Part shown: positions 26,436 to 40,200 of the stretch, one piece after another
Numbering within the stretch: position 1 is the stretch's first letter
How the letters are laid out: each line of letters starts with the position of its first letter
Assembly: GCF_000181795.1 (NCBI RefSeq)
Contig: NW_003526945.1
Span: forward strand, 318,405 to 382,404
DNA length: 64,000 nucleotides
Direction: 5' to 3'
DNA from: Trichinella spiralis
Lineage: Eukaryota
Notes under the pieces: generated by a model
The model's input: the letters and a program-made list of their open reading frames with translations, nothing else
Database searches by the model: none
What the model was told of the DNA's origin: nothing
Translations under genes and position numbers: made by a program

Positions 26436-29400
26436 TCAAAGCGACGGCGATACCGAAGCAACGCTGTCCAATTCCATCAGTGTGATCGAATAGCTGGTTC
26501 CATCGTCTACGGGTGTGATTTGTATCAAGAACGAGTCTTCATTGCAATAATGACGAATCATGTCATTGTCCATTTGTACCGTGATACTGTAATCATGACA
26601 AAAGAAAATAAAGATTAATTAATTTTGATCGAAGCGACTGAAATTGTGCGCCTATTACCCTTTTTTGCATTGCTTGTAGATACCCGTGATTCGACTGACA
26701 TCGACGCTGTATTTTTCTTGAATTGCTTTCAACAACCCATCCACAGTTGGTGGCAAGACGTGCAACGGAGTGAAAATACTGTCCTCGGGTTTGCGTACGT
26801 ACAGTAATACTGCAAAAGCAACAAGATGCACAAGTTGGAAGTTGGACAAAAAAAACCTCTCATCTACCTCTGTCACTTGGGAAAAGTTTCACTCTTTTTG
26901 GAGATGGTGATGCATTGCCGTTGCCGGTTTGTTCATCTTTGACTAAACTTTGGCTGTAATAAATGAAAAAAAATTAAAAAATATAATAAATATCCATCTG
27001 AAAAGTGGAAAGTATAATTAAAAAAATAATGAAAGAAAAAACTTACAGTCCAGCGCCTTCCAGGGCGTAGAAACTTTCAACTGGAGGAAACTGCAAAAAA
27101 TTTTCGATTAATTTTATCACAATTGATTTAATTGCAATAGATTTATTTGTTCAACTGACACTCACTCGATCGTAATCTTCAGGAGGTACGAACAGCACTG
27201 CCGGTTTGGTTAAATTACTCATGTGATAAAATTCTGAACGATCGCACAATTCATGATATTCTCCGTCACTTTTTTTTCTTCCTAAAATAAAAATGAATAA
27301 ATAAATAAATAAATAAATAAGTACATATTTTTTGTTGGAAAAGTTTTCACCTTGCAAACGTCTCTTCTCATCTCTTCTCTGTTCGTGCAACATTTTACGA
27401 TTTGCCCCCTGAAAATTGGATTTGAAATGAAATTTCAATAAATTGAATAATGATAATAATAATAATAATAATAGAAGAAGAAGAAAAGAAAAAGATAATT
27501 TAAATATTTTCACTTCAAACATTTCATTGACTCACTTTGTCACAAAATACTTTGATTTGGCAATAGCCACGATGGAAGGGAACATTTTTATTTTGTGCCT
27601 CGTCGAACGTGTCAATTTGCAAATGCAACGGCAAACCTTTCACTCCTTTCTGATTGCTAAAATCTGTGCTCAAGCACTGAACTGCAACGTTGATCTGAAA
27701 TAAATAAATAAATAAATGAAAAAATGTATAATTTAAAAAAAGAATTAATTAAATAGATGTACTTTGACAGGCTGTTCAGATGGATTCCAATAAAATTGAA
27801 TTGCATTGTGTGCAATTTCGTCAATTCCACCGACAATGCCGGTGCTGTTTTTATTATCTTGAAAAAGTTGAATTTTATTTAAAATTTTACTTTGTAACAA
27901 ATATAATCAAATGAAATTGTAAAAAATATACAAAAAAAAGTACCAGCGTCGAGAATACGTTGTTTCATGCTGTGCTGTCTTGAATGCCAAAATTGCCAGC
28001 ACTTTACTTCTTCTTCGTAAGATTTTTCTTCACGAAATACGATCATCATCACCGACTGAAAAAAACATAATAGAAATAATATTCATATTTCACGATAAAT
28101 TTATAAAATTTCAACAAAACACAAATTTTACCTTAACAGTGACCGATTTGACCGGCTTCAATGGATCCGGTATGTATTCCAATGTGACAGTGTAGAATTG
28201 TCCTTTGTTAATGTAAGTCATTTTGTCATCCTCTTTGCGTACACTTGTTGAAATTGGTGCTTCAAGTGTATATTGAAAACCGACTGATGTCATTCTATAA
28301 AAATGAATAAATTTATCGAATTGATCGAATCGAAATAAATTTGTTCGAGATTTAGTTTGGTTTTTTTTATAGAAAACACTAAACTGAACAACAATAGCAA
28401 TAATGAAAAATGCAAATTAAAGGAATGCAAAATTGCAAAAGAATAAAGCATACACAACATGCAAGTACAGATAGTTCAGTTGGTCAGTTTCGTACATTTT
28501 GGGAATGTGCACTGGCGACTCTCGGTTGGTGACAATGCGCTCGCTGGTCTGAGAAGGCCTAACCGCGCTGTAATCTTTGCCCGGACGTTGCTGCTGTATT
28601 GTCTGCATCATTGCCGAGTGCAGATCAGTGTATGTGAAACCCTTAAAAATAATTTCCAACACCGTCACAACTAGAGAACTTCAAAGAGACGTTCTGCATA
28701 CGAGAGTGCCGTTATCCTGGACCTCATTCTTTGGCGTGACCATCAAATCTGGACCAATGCCACTGTCAACAGGAGAAGGCATTTCCACGCTCATCGGCTT
28801 GCTATATAAAGGAGCAGCCGTCTGCGATTGTCGATTAAGTCTTAAACAATAGACAATTGCCATACAGGAAAAGTTAAAGAAAACAGAACAATCTTATTCA
28901 ATTGTTTTTCTCCCTCTACCCTGCCCCTCCCTACCTCTCTGATAAGTTGTGGAAAATAATTTTTAATAATCATTTTTCAATTCATTGCTTTCACTCCACG
29001 TTTTCTGAATAGAAAGTTTCGTTTCTCTACGCTGAATTGTTTGTTTGTTTCTTTGAATTAATTTTTTTCAGGCTTCATTTTCAAATTGTCAATAACTCAT
29101 CATATCCTCCCTCCCCCTCTCTCTGCCTCTAGCCAAATTGGGAAAAGCACAATTCAAAAATAACAACAAAACAGATAAGCCAATAACAATTACGGCTGTC
29201 AAAGGGAAAAATTAGACCGCACTGTACAACATCGTATTGTCTCGGAATTGACACTCGAGCAGAATGCAGCATTTCACGGCTGACCTATTTCGCATCTCGC
29301 CCAGCTTCCGCCACGCGTTAAAGCTACACCGCATCACTAAATCCGCACATTCTATTTTTTTCTTCATTTTTTTCAATTATTATTTTGCATGCCTTCCTCG

Positions 29401-32400
29401 GTGAGTGAAATATAAAAAAAAGTCAACAACAGCAACAACACAACAACAACAACAACAACTATTAAAAATAATAAATTGCATTGTGGCTGGAAATTCGCAT
29501 GCACAAGTGCAACACAATGTCAAATGGAAATGGCTGAAATTTGAAATAGTCAATAAATCAAAAAAAATGAGAAAAAAGTATTATTATTATTATTATTATT
29601 ATTATCAGATCAGATATTGGAGAAAAAAAGTATTATTTTTAAATATATTAAAATTATACATGTTTGAATGTAAATATTAACGTCCCCCCCCCCTTTTTCA
29701 CTCTCACTCTCACTCTCCCTTTCTCTCTGCTTCTCAGTCTCTCTGTCTCTGTCTCGGTCTCGCATCCTCATCTTACCTATCGATCAGTTCTTCTGTTGTT
29801 TCGGCGTACATGGATTGGATCGGTCTGACACTGGTGTAGTAATCGTTCGAATTGCGCTGGTAATAATCTTGGTTGGGTGCAGCCAGCAGATTGTACGTCG
29901 AAGATAGAAGATGCTGGGTCGAAGGCAATGCGGTCAGGGTGCCGTAGGCGGCTGCGGGTGTGGCCGCACCGGTCAACGGATCGTAAACCCCGGCCGCCAC
30001 TTGACTATACAAAGCACCGGGACGTTGGTACGGATCGTACGTCGGTACTCGCATGTTTTTCATTTCCTGAAAAATAGAAATTTCATCATATAAATTTAAT
30101 ATAGCAACGCAAACAACAACAACAGCAAGTGGAAAAATAATTAATCAATGGAAAACTTTGTACAATTTGGTCCAATTGAAGGTCGAACAGAGTGGAATCG
30201 TGCGGAGTGTGGGACGCAGAAGTGGAGAAGGAGTTCGGCCCCAAAGCCACGCCTTCAGCTTGGGACCAAAAAGCGGTGCCCGGGTCGGTCATCGGATTGC
30301 CAACTGCCGCTGACTGACGCTTTCGGCAGACGGCGCATCCGACGCTACCGTGTCCTGTTTACCAGAACAATTTGACGACCAATTATTTGCTCTGGGCACT
30401 GATGTCATCACCAACTGCTCCCCCTCCCCCTTTCACTATAGCTAGCTTCAACTAACTTTCACAAATTGTACTCTTTCTCTCGTTCGTTCGTTGTCTCTTT
30501 CCCTGCGTGTGTGTGTGTGTCTTTTTTCAATTGATCCACTTTTCCAACCACCTATACTTCGCATGCATGCATGCATGCATGCATGATCTATGACACAAAA
30601 TTAACTCGTGAAATATTTTAATCCGATGAAAACCCACCAACGTGAAGATGAACCTCTTTTACAATTACAATACTGTACTAACTATATACATATATATATA
30701 TATATACATACTGCACACGCGTAGAGTAAAAAATTAAAACAAGCAAACAACAACAACAACCAACAATTGAGTAAATAATCTAATGTTAAAAAGAAAATTA
30801 CAATGATACATGCAGTGAAAAAGTAATTAATTAATTAATCTTCATGAAAATGCAAACCTTGTTACGAGAAAATGAAAATAAGTAGAAAAAACTACCATGT
30901 GTAAGATAAGATTGTCCTGATCCATCTGATCGATGATGTGAACAAAGCAGTGGTAAACTTCTACTGCACCATTGCACATAAAGTTGCAGATGTAGATGTG
31001 TACAATGGTTGCAATGGAAGAACGCAAACAACACTAGTCAATGGAAATTACTGCAGTTATATAACGGTTGCAACGCTCGACGGACGGACTGACTGACTAG
31101 CAAACAGCAAAGCGACTGAACTAGCTGAGCCGTTACTGAGCATGTAAGCACGCGTTGCTTATAGCTAGCTTGCCTTGATATTATTCAAAAATTGTCTGTC
31201 TAGCGACGCTTGTAGACAATCCTGTTCGCCTTAGTCTGCAAAAGCCCCATGTTATCCGCAATATGTCTAGTCTAGTCTAGTCTTGTGAGAAAGTCTGCAT
31301 TTGCAGTCCGTCTCGTTGAATGCTAGTAATGTCCAGTCAATTGGATGAAAATTTTCAAATTTTACAGTGCAAATCAGAATAGGGGAGAGCAGAAATTGGG
31401 CACGCTGGTAGAGTGGGTAGGTGGGATGGGAAGCAGAAGAAGCAGACAAGCAAAACAAGCAGCCCTGCTTTGCGGTAAGCATCATCAAAACAACACGTGA
31501 AAAAAATTAAAATCAAAAAAAAAGATTAATTTTCCCCGAAAATTAATCGTAAAATTTGCATCGAAGAAATCCAAACAAACAAAAATTATCCTCAGTTGAT
31601 CGAGAGAGAGAGAGAGAGAGAGATCAATTGGCCCGATGGCAATCAAATTGTAGATGTGCGTTAAAAAACAAAATTTCTTTTTTTTTCGCTCTAAACAAAC
31701 CAACATATCAAATATAATAAATAAATATATATATGTGTGTGTGTGGGTGTGTGTGAATGATCCAGAATTTTTGTGAATAAATTTCTCCAACACGCAAGAG
31801 TCCAAAAGTGAATAAATAAATCAATAAAATAAAAAGTAAACACGAATGTATCTTTTTTTCTTTTTCTCATTTGTGATTTATGATTTTTATGGTTGATGTT
31901 TCAAAAAGTTGTGCTGAGATGGCGTTGCGTTGTGCGTCGTTCATCAATTTTGAAGAATAAAATTGAAAACTTGCAAAAAAGAGAAATGAACAATGCTTCT
32001 TGTGAGTGAGATGAAATGATTACCAAACGCGTGGGTGTAATTTAAAATTCAACAACAACAACAACAACAACAGTGTGAAAATGGGAAATTTCATTGTTGT
32101 CGTTATTGTTGTTTACGGGGAGGGAGAGTGGAATGGATGGATGAATGAATAAAAAGGCAAGGGCAAATTGTGCATATAAAAAAAACAAAACAAACTCACT
32201 TGGAGTACGTTGTTCGAGCCGGGATGTTCTTCTTTGGGACTGAGCAAGTGATGTTGGGCGTTGTTTTGCAGCGGAGCCACGTGGCCGGCAGATTTGATCA
32301 CCTCAACGTGCTGTGGGTGCATGACCACTTGGGGATCGTGAGCCGAATTGGCGTTGCCAATGACCACTGTGGTGGTGTTCTCGCCGTCCTGTTGATGCGT

Positions 32401-32448
32401 GTAGTCCATTTTGACGGTCGTGGTCGACCGTGCAACGGGTGTTTGCAT
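26436..32448 (-). CDS. grh-1: Grainyhead / CP2-family transcription factor (multi-exon; 5' end may be alternative)
   Basis: CP2 DNA-binding domain assembled across exons: '[29 protein letters not shown]', '[17 protein letters not shown]', '[23 protein letters not shown]', '[11 protein letters not shown]'. C-terminal dimerisation region '[10 protein letters not shown]...[24 protein letters not shown]'. Stop at 26438-26436. The exon 32448-32200 splices in phase 0 to the exon starting at 30066. Confidence 0.93.
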
Positions 32449-35400
32449 CTAACGGATTGATCCGAAGCAGCAAAGCTAATCGGTAGCCAATTGCACCAAA
32501 AGAACAGCAGCAGCAGCAGCAGCAGCAGCAGTAGCAACAGCAACAGCAACGACAACAATAGCAACAACAACAGTAGAAGCAGCAGAGAGAGACGCTTATA
32601 GCACCAGCAAAGACGAAAAAAAGTAGCAGCAAGAAAAAATGGGAAAGAAGTGAAAATACTGATCGATCTTTCACCAAATAAATATTATTAATTATTTCTT
32701 TCTGATCGAAATCAAACAACTCGATTACTAATAACAACAACAACAATAATACTGTTGTGCAGTTGCGAGTGTTGTTTTGGTTGTCGGCGTTGACGTTTTG
32801 ATGGAATATATTATTCCACTGGACGAATGTCGAAATTTTCCCTAAAATGCAAACAGTGGAAAAATAAAAAAAAGTTAAATTTTTAAAAACAAACAAGCAA
32901 AAAACAAGCGGATTGAAAATTGCAAGCAGATATATTGACAAGAGAATAATATTAATAACAGTGAATGCGAACAGACTGTCTGAATAACTGACGCGCCGAA
33001 GAGGGAGAAAATTTGTTTGGGGCACCAATTAGCAGATAAGCTGGGATGGTTCGTCTCTTTTCAAATGATCATCATCATCGACAACCGAGAACGGCCAAAG
33101 AAATAGATAAGATGACCGAAATTTCCATTTCTACTTCTTATGTCGCCTGCTGTTATTCTTTTGTACTGTACATTTACAACAACAAATATTCCAACGGAAA
33201 ATTAAATTCCACACAGAATAAAATTATACGTATATATGCATATTATTTGAAAAAAATAACAAAAATCTACAATCTGGAAAAGTATAATTTTTTCTTTTGT
33301 TTCTTGGTTCGATCAAAAAGAAATAAATTATTAATCTGCTGTTGGTCATCAGTAATGGACGGTGGGTCAGAAATGTTCCGCGAGTTTTTGCACCGCCAGT
33401 GCGATGATGTTCAACGTTGATAAAAAAATTGCTACGATACCGAGTGCAGATGCGATATCGTCTCTGACGACACGCAAAAGTGACTTGGAGAAGAGAACAA
33501 AAAAAAACAGAAAAAATCAAAAATTACAGTAATCATTGATGCGATCAGTGGGAAAATATTAAAAATAAAATAAATAAATTCAACCTACGAACAAAACAAT
33601 AGCAGTATAATAAAAGTGGGAAAATGCGCTTAAGTGTGCTTGGTGGTGAGTGACCAGTGAAAATGTAGAATAAATGAATAAAAGTGAAGAGAACTGGTTG
33701 GCTTTTCAAAAAGCGCTTCAATAGAGTCCGTCTACTTGGTTGGTGTGCGTGAACGCTCGCATTGGGCGTGTACGACTGTAGCATACAGGCATGAATATAT
33801 GCATGCATACAAAGAGCATCAGTTTGGGCGCTCAGGCAAACAGAAGTCAGATTTTGAAAAACAAGAACGATCACAATTCTGGTTTTCACGATACAGTAAT
33901 GCCGAAAAAAAAACATAAACAACCATTAAAAAAAGAATATTCAAGATTTAATCAAATTTGAAATTTGATGATGAAATATATTTTTGTTTTTTTATGTTTG
34001 TTTTGTTTTCCCGAGTGAATAATAATGATGATGATGACGAATGAAGAAAAAAAGAGTTGTTGAAAAAATTGTCCAAAATTCAAAATTTTCCAACAGTACC
34101 GTAAGACAGGAAAGAATTTAAAAATAAAAATAAAATTACCGTTTTGTATTAAATTTTTCCTTTTGTCAGAATATAATAATTGATAATAATGGAAAAGATA
34201 ATAATAAATTTTCCTCGAAATCAGGTCACAGTCGAAACAAAACTCACCAGAGAATAATAATAATAATAATAATAACAGTGTGAAATGTTTGCTACAAAAG
34301 TACTCTACAGTAGAAAAATGCGGACAAAATGAACATGCTGAAGTGAACCGAAATTCGACCAAATTTCCAACTTAGTGTCGGTTGGAAAAGATAGAACGCC
34401 AGAGGGGCGTTGGTCAGTGACGTGGACAGTGGTCGTGGTGGCACGGCTCCGTTGGCGTGGCAAAAATGGAGGAGCTGTGCTGTGTGCTGTAATGCGCGCG
34501 TGTGTTTGTTGAAATTGCTGCTCTCCATACTTGATCAACCCCTCCGAAGGTCAGAGTTGACGATTGGATTGGAAAAGTGGAACGATTGGATGAGCAACGG
34601 CGTGTAAAATTTTTCACTGAAAGGTGAAGGCCAGAACAATCCGACACTGAAATTCGACCATGGACAAGAAACGAAACGAGCAAGCGAGCAAAATTTTACC
34701 AAAAAACAACAACAATATATGCATTATTATTATTATTGTAATTGGACTTGGTTTTCTTATTTGGAAAAATCACATTCATAAACAGAATATATACCATTTT
34801 ATAATAATCCATAATTTTGTTTTTGCTCGTAAATTGAAATAAGTTCCTAATTTTTCTTTCAGAGGAAAAAAGAACCACTTTACAAAAATATGAATAAATA
34901 AATTATGGGGGATTGGATTTCAGCGTTTTCCAACAGAACGCTGAAATTGCAATGCAGAAGAGTAAGTACAGTGTGCTTCTGTGTTGATGTGTGTGTGTGT
35001 GTAGAAATTCTTAACACGGTCGCGGTCAAATTGCCTTACTGACCGTCGGTCAGTGAAAAACACCTTGACCCTCGAGGGTGGAACAATTTGCCAACCGACC
35101 AGGGTTGGGCAAGGCCGAGGTACGGTGCCGTTCGACGACATCGCCACAACGGCAAACAGTAAACAACTAAGCGCTGCTGTTCAACATTTCAGCACACCTC
35201 AATCGGCTTCCTCAACAAGCCACAACTGAAGCTGAACGTCAAATACAACAACACCACCAGCAACAACAACAACAACAACAACAGTAATGAAGGTGAAAAT
35301 ATTATGCAAAAATGATCAGAGTATTACTTACTTGAAATAATAATAATAATAATAAAGCGAGGTTGATGACAATTTCGTTGCTGTGCATATCCCATCGTAC

Positions 35401-35481
35401 CGTTCCAGTGAAGAGAATACCGGGACGGTTGGTATACGATCAGAAGGCCATACTGCGCAGAAAGTGGAGAGAGATAGGTAG

Positions 35482-35486
<5 letters not shown>

Positions 35487-35519
<33 letters not shown>

Positions 35520-35534
35520 AAAGAGAGAGAGAGA
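35487..35534. repeat. Imperfect (GA)n microsatellite
   Basis: Read directly from the sequence. Confidence 0.9.
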
Positions 35535-37203
35535 CAGGTGAGAGAGAACCTGTCCTCAGAAAACAGGCTCGTCTAGCGACCAGATCAGGCAGGTTTCCCT
35601 GCTTCTTCTGCTACTTCTACCACTTTCCAATGCTACTTTATTAAAAGGTGCACACCATAGCAGTAGTGAAACGTCAAACCGCCCCCACCCCCATCCCCAC
35701 CCCCCCCCCCAAACTTACCCCACCCCATCCCTACTGTCCTTGCTCCTTGCTGATGTCGATTGGTCTTATTGATTCAATTTTTATTAAAAATTTCTATCAA
35801 AATATACCTTTTTAAATCATATTCTAAATCCACCACTGAAAAATTTTGTAAATTTTGCTCGAATGACATTTTCATATAGAAATTTTGATGAAACCAACAA
35901 TAACTGGAAAACAAAAAATAAACAACTGGAGAGAATGATTGAAAATGTCCATTGGTGGATTACGATTTGGAAATTTAAATATTATTTAAAAAGCTCATTT
36001 ATCAATGTTTAAGTGAAACTGTACCAAGCGGTATAGAAAAACTGGGCAAGTTGAGAAAAACTGGTCGACCACCATACCCGGTCTGTACAGAAGTGGCTCG
36101 GGCCGTCTTGGGCGACCAGTTTATTGTGCCCTGGACCAGACAGCCAGGAAAAGCGGGTTTGCCAACATCCGCACACACACACACACGCACACACACTTAC
36201 CCTGCCGTGCCAGTTGACCGCCTACCTCACCTGTTGACTCGTTTCTCTTTCTGCTTGTCATAAACAACCACGCCTGCTTCATCATTGGATTTTTTGTTTT
36301 TTTCGGTTTTTATCAAATTTATACCACCGTAGTAGAAGAGGGTAATGGAAGAATATTACAAGTATACACCACCAACAGATGCCAACAGTAGCAACATCAA
36401 CAACAACACAAAGGGAGAGTAAGAATAAGAGTAAGAGAGGAAGAGAGAGAGAAAAAAATGAATTATAATAAATTATACAAGCGACAAAAATAAAACCAAA
36501 AGTCAGAGTGTGTAAAATGGACGAGTCGGTGTGCATCGTAGTAGGCTTACAACGGCGGTCTAAATGACGAACTCCACGCTCAGAACCTGTTTGTGCAGTC
36601 GGCCCACTCGTTGTTGCCATTATACACCACCGTAATAATAACAAGACACACTACTGACAGACGGCCATTGGCCAAATCGACCAATCACCATTTGACCAAT
36701 CCTGACGCGCCCTCTGCACCACTCATTCTCATTCTTATTTTCTAAACTAATATGCAACAGTTTCAATTGATCCAAATGAAAAATTACAATTATTTTATTC
36801 ATTTAAATTTTCACTTGAACAACAATTGGCAATGAAAAGCATCATCATCATCATCATCATAATCATCATCTTGTTCAACTTGAAAATAAAATTCCATAAA
36901 GATGCACATTGATGCACAATCAATTTAACAAATAAGCCCATGAAAAATCGAAGAAAAAGCTCTTTTTGCACACACCCTGAGGGAGAGAAGCGGGCAAACT
37001 GTGGCGCCAAGCTGCCGAGTGAAATTGGCGCATCCTGGTCAAGTCGACCCGCTTTCCACCCTGAGCTGTCCAACTGATCATGATGGCAGTCAAATTGGAA
37101 ATTTTAGCCAAAATATACAATATTAATAAAAAAGAAATTCAAATTGACCAATTGCTCTGCTCTGCATACATATTCTACTCTGTGGATAGATTGAATTGAA
37201 ATA

Positions 37204-37234
<31 letters not shown>

Positions 37235-40200
37235 CATGAAAATCATTTCCCAATGTTCTCTTCATTTGCACAAACAGACAGATTTATATTTTGCTTTCAT
37301 TAAAATTCAAATTCATATTCAACAATTTATCTGTTTGTTTGTTTATTTATTTATTGGTAATATTTATTGATTTTTGATGAGGTAAAATTTTGGCAAAATA
37401 AGAAATTTCAATAGTATTTACTTTGGTGATTAGAAGAAAGAAGTTTGAAAGTGGAATTGCACCTCTCTCTCTCTCTCACTCTCTCTCTTTCTTTCTTTGC
37501 TAATTGTAATAGTGTCAAACAAAAAGTACGTTGAAACTGGTTTCACAAAGCAACCATGCTCTTTAAACAAGCATCCAAGTCACGCCTCAGCAGCACGTTC
37601 ATCATCGACGATTGAATTTTATTTTTCTTTCACTTTACACAACACCAATCATCAATATATGCAAATATCAACTTAATAAAATGGAAAAAATTTTCATGTT
37701 CAAAAGTTTAATATGAAACAAACAGACAAATCAATATAGTAAGTGGACGAGGATATAAGACTCTGAAGTTGCGGCTTGGAAGTTTCTGCCAGTGCTGCTA
37801 TGCTCACTGATTGTAGGATTGGAATTTCAACACACCATTTTTCTATTATGCGTCTTTGATCATTGCATTGCAAACAATCACCTCAACTAGCACAGAGTTT
37901 ATAAAATTTTTAAAATTTGCTTTTCTCTTTGAAAATATACGACAGACAATAGAGGAGCTTTCATAAATGAGAATCATTTGCAAAGTGGGAAATTGCAGAA
38001 ACGCCGGCCGTGCGCCAACATTTCGACCTTGACCAACGATTATAGGTGGGCGAGATTTTTCCGTCCTTGGAAATACCCTTTGACAGGACAGTTACCTTGC
38101 GGATGACGTGCCTCGAAATGGTCAATCTCGTGCGCGCGCACACACACAAAAAGCCCATCGTCAATCAACTCATTTTGCCCAGATCAATTATTCCAATCTG
38201 TGTGCTGAGTTGTTTTGCCTCCTCTGACAATTGAAAAATGATGAAAAAAATAAAAATATGAATTGAAACTTTTTTGAAAAAAGTAAACATTATTACACCA
38301 CAATTAATTTCATTGTTGATTGAAATGTTGAGAAGATTGTATCATAATCACTCTGGAGAGTCAGCTTTACTTTTTGACAATAATTTATTTGAAAATCCGC
38401 TATCAACAACAAAAATTGTCATTCCAATCAATAGTTCTTTGATAATTTCTATTGAATTTGATTTATTCAAAAAAATAATGCATTTTTGTATTATGCTTTT
38501 TTCATTGCTCTGCACAAAAGAGAGTGTAACCTAATTTCCTAATTTTTTTATTCTCTTTTTACAGTCATCGCTGCCCTGTTTCAAAAATTGTTCAAAGATG
38601 TTTTTATTGTTCAAATGAAAATTTTTATGATATTTAATTTTTCAATAAAAATGATTTACTGTAAAAAGACACTGATATTGTAAATTGAGACAAACAAACA
38701 AAACCAAAAAAGCATATTTATTTTATCCATTCATTCAATCAACAATTGATCAATTAATCAATTGTCCTGATTGGTTGGAGGTGATTTTTTGAATTGAAAT
38801 TACTTATTCAAAAATTTCGAAATGAACGTGCAAAAGTGATATGCAATTTTATTGCTTGATTAAAAAGCTTTGGCTTTTCTTCGTGTCAATCTGGTTGTCG
38901 CTTGTGAACACAATCTCTAAGCGGTATGTAGCTGTATTCCTATTTTCACTGTTTCCAGGTGGATCAGTGCAGCTATTTCACTTTCACTTTCACAACTCTT
39001 TGTTCTTCGACTTTTCCACTTTTCATGCCAGCATCAATTTCAGTATTTCAAATTTTGAAAAACACAACAGCAGTAAATTATTGCAAAACACATGCAGACC
39101 AACACACGCAGATTGGCGTACATATTTGCATTTTTCACATCATCTGTGACGCTAATAATTATATATTGTTGTTGGATTTCAATGGTGGAATAATAATAAA
39201 AAGATTGTTCAAATATCTGTTTGTTTGTTTGTTATGTTAGATATTTTTTTTATCATTTATGCTTCAAATGTAGAGAAAATGTGTGCTGCAGTTGTGCGAT
39301 CATTAGCTTATGGACCGTGAGTGATCCAACAATAAATACATTGTGCTGTTGTTGTTGGTAAAAATAAACTTGCACCGCGGAACGGTCGTGACCCATTTCC
39401 TTGTTTCGAAATGAAATGAAGCTTTCAACGAAGCTTGCTCGTGTGTGCGTGTTTATGCGAACAGCTAAACGGTAAGCTGCTTCATTATAAGCGCGACACG
39501 GTCGACGGACACTAAAGATAGATGCTCTGTTTACTTTCAGTCAGGGAATGCGAGTATGTATATACACAAACGACCGGCAAGTCTGTCTGTCTGTGTATGC
39601 TGTTGAAACAGCGGCCAAAAAGCCTGCACGGTTTTCAACGGCCTGCTTCCGCTTTGGCCGAGTTCTGGCCTAGTCTCCCTCTTTCTGTTGTGTGTGTGTG
39701 TGTGTGTGTGTGTTCAGGTATTTTCTGTTCAAAGTTTACAATCGGCTATACGTTAAGCAACTAGCACTAGTTTCACATGATGACGTCCAGTTGGCCAACC
39801 ATTTCTCAGTTTTCACTGGTCAACTTGGTTGGCTATCGTTTTGTTGTCTATCCATAGCTTGCGAAATCAACAACAACAACAACAACGCTTCAGGGCAATT
39901 TTACTGAAAAGGAAGCTGCGTTGATTTTCAAATTTAGAGCACCCGGTTTTGGGCTTGTTCAATTGGAAAATTCGAACAATTTTCTTTTCTACCACAACTT
40001 TTCATCAATTCACCAAGTTTGTTTTCAATTTTCAAAATTGGGAAAAAATTCCCTTCTTATCATCCATTATAATCAACAATTCATTCTACATCCCTACATT
40101 TCATATTCATACATCAGTGCGTAATTCTGTTTTTTTGCACAACATTTCAAAGATTTCAAACAACAACAACAACAACAACAACAAATGTAAACACAATAAA

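Noticed and set aside
32298..33028. 241-aa and poly-Leu/poly-Cys ORFs
   Set aside because: They arise from (CAG)/(CAA) microsatellites and alternative frames overlapping the real grh exon.
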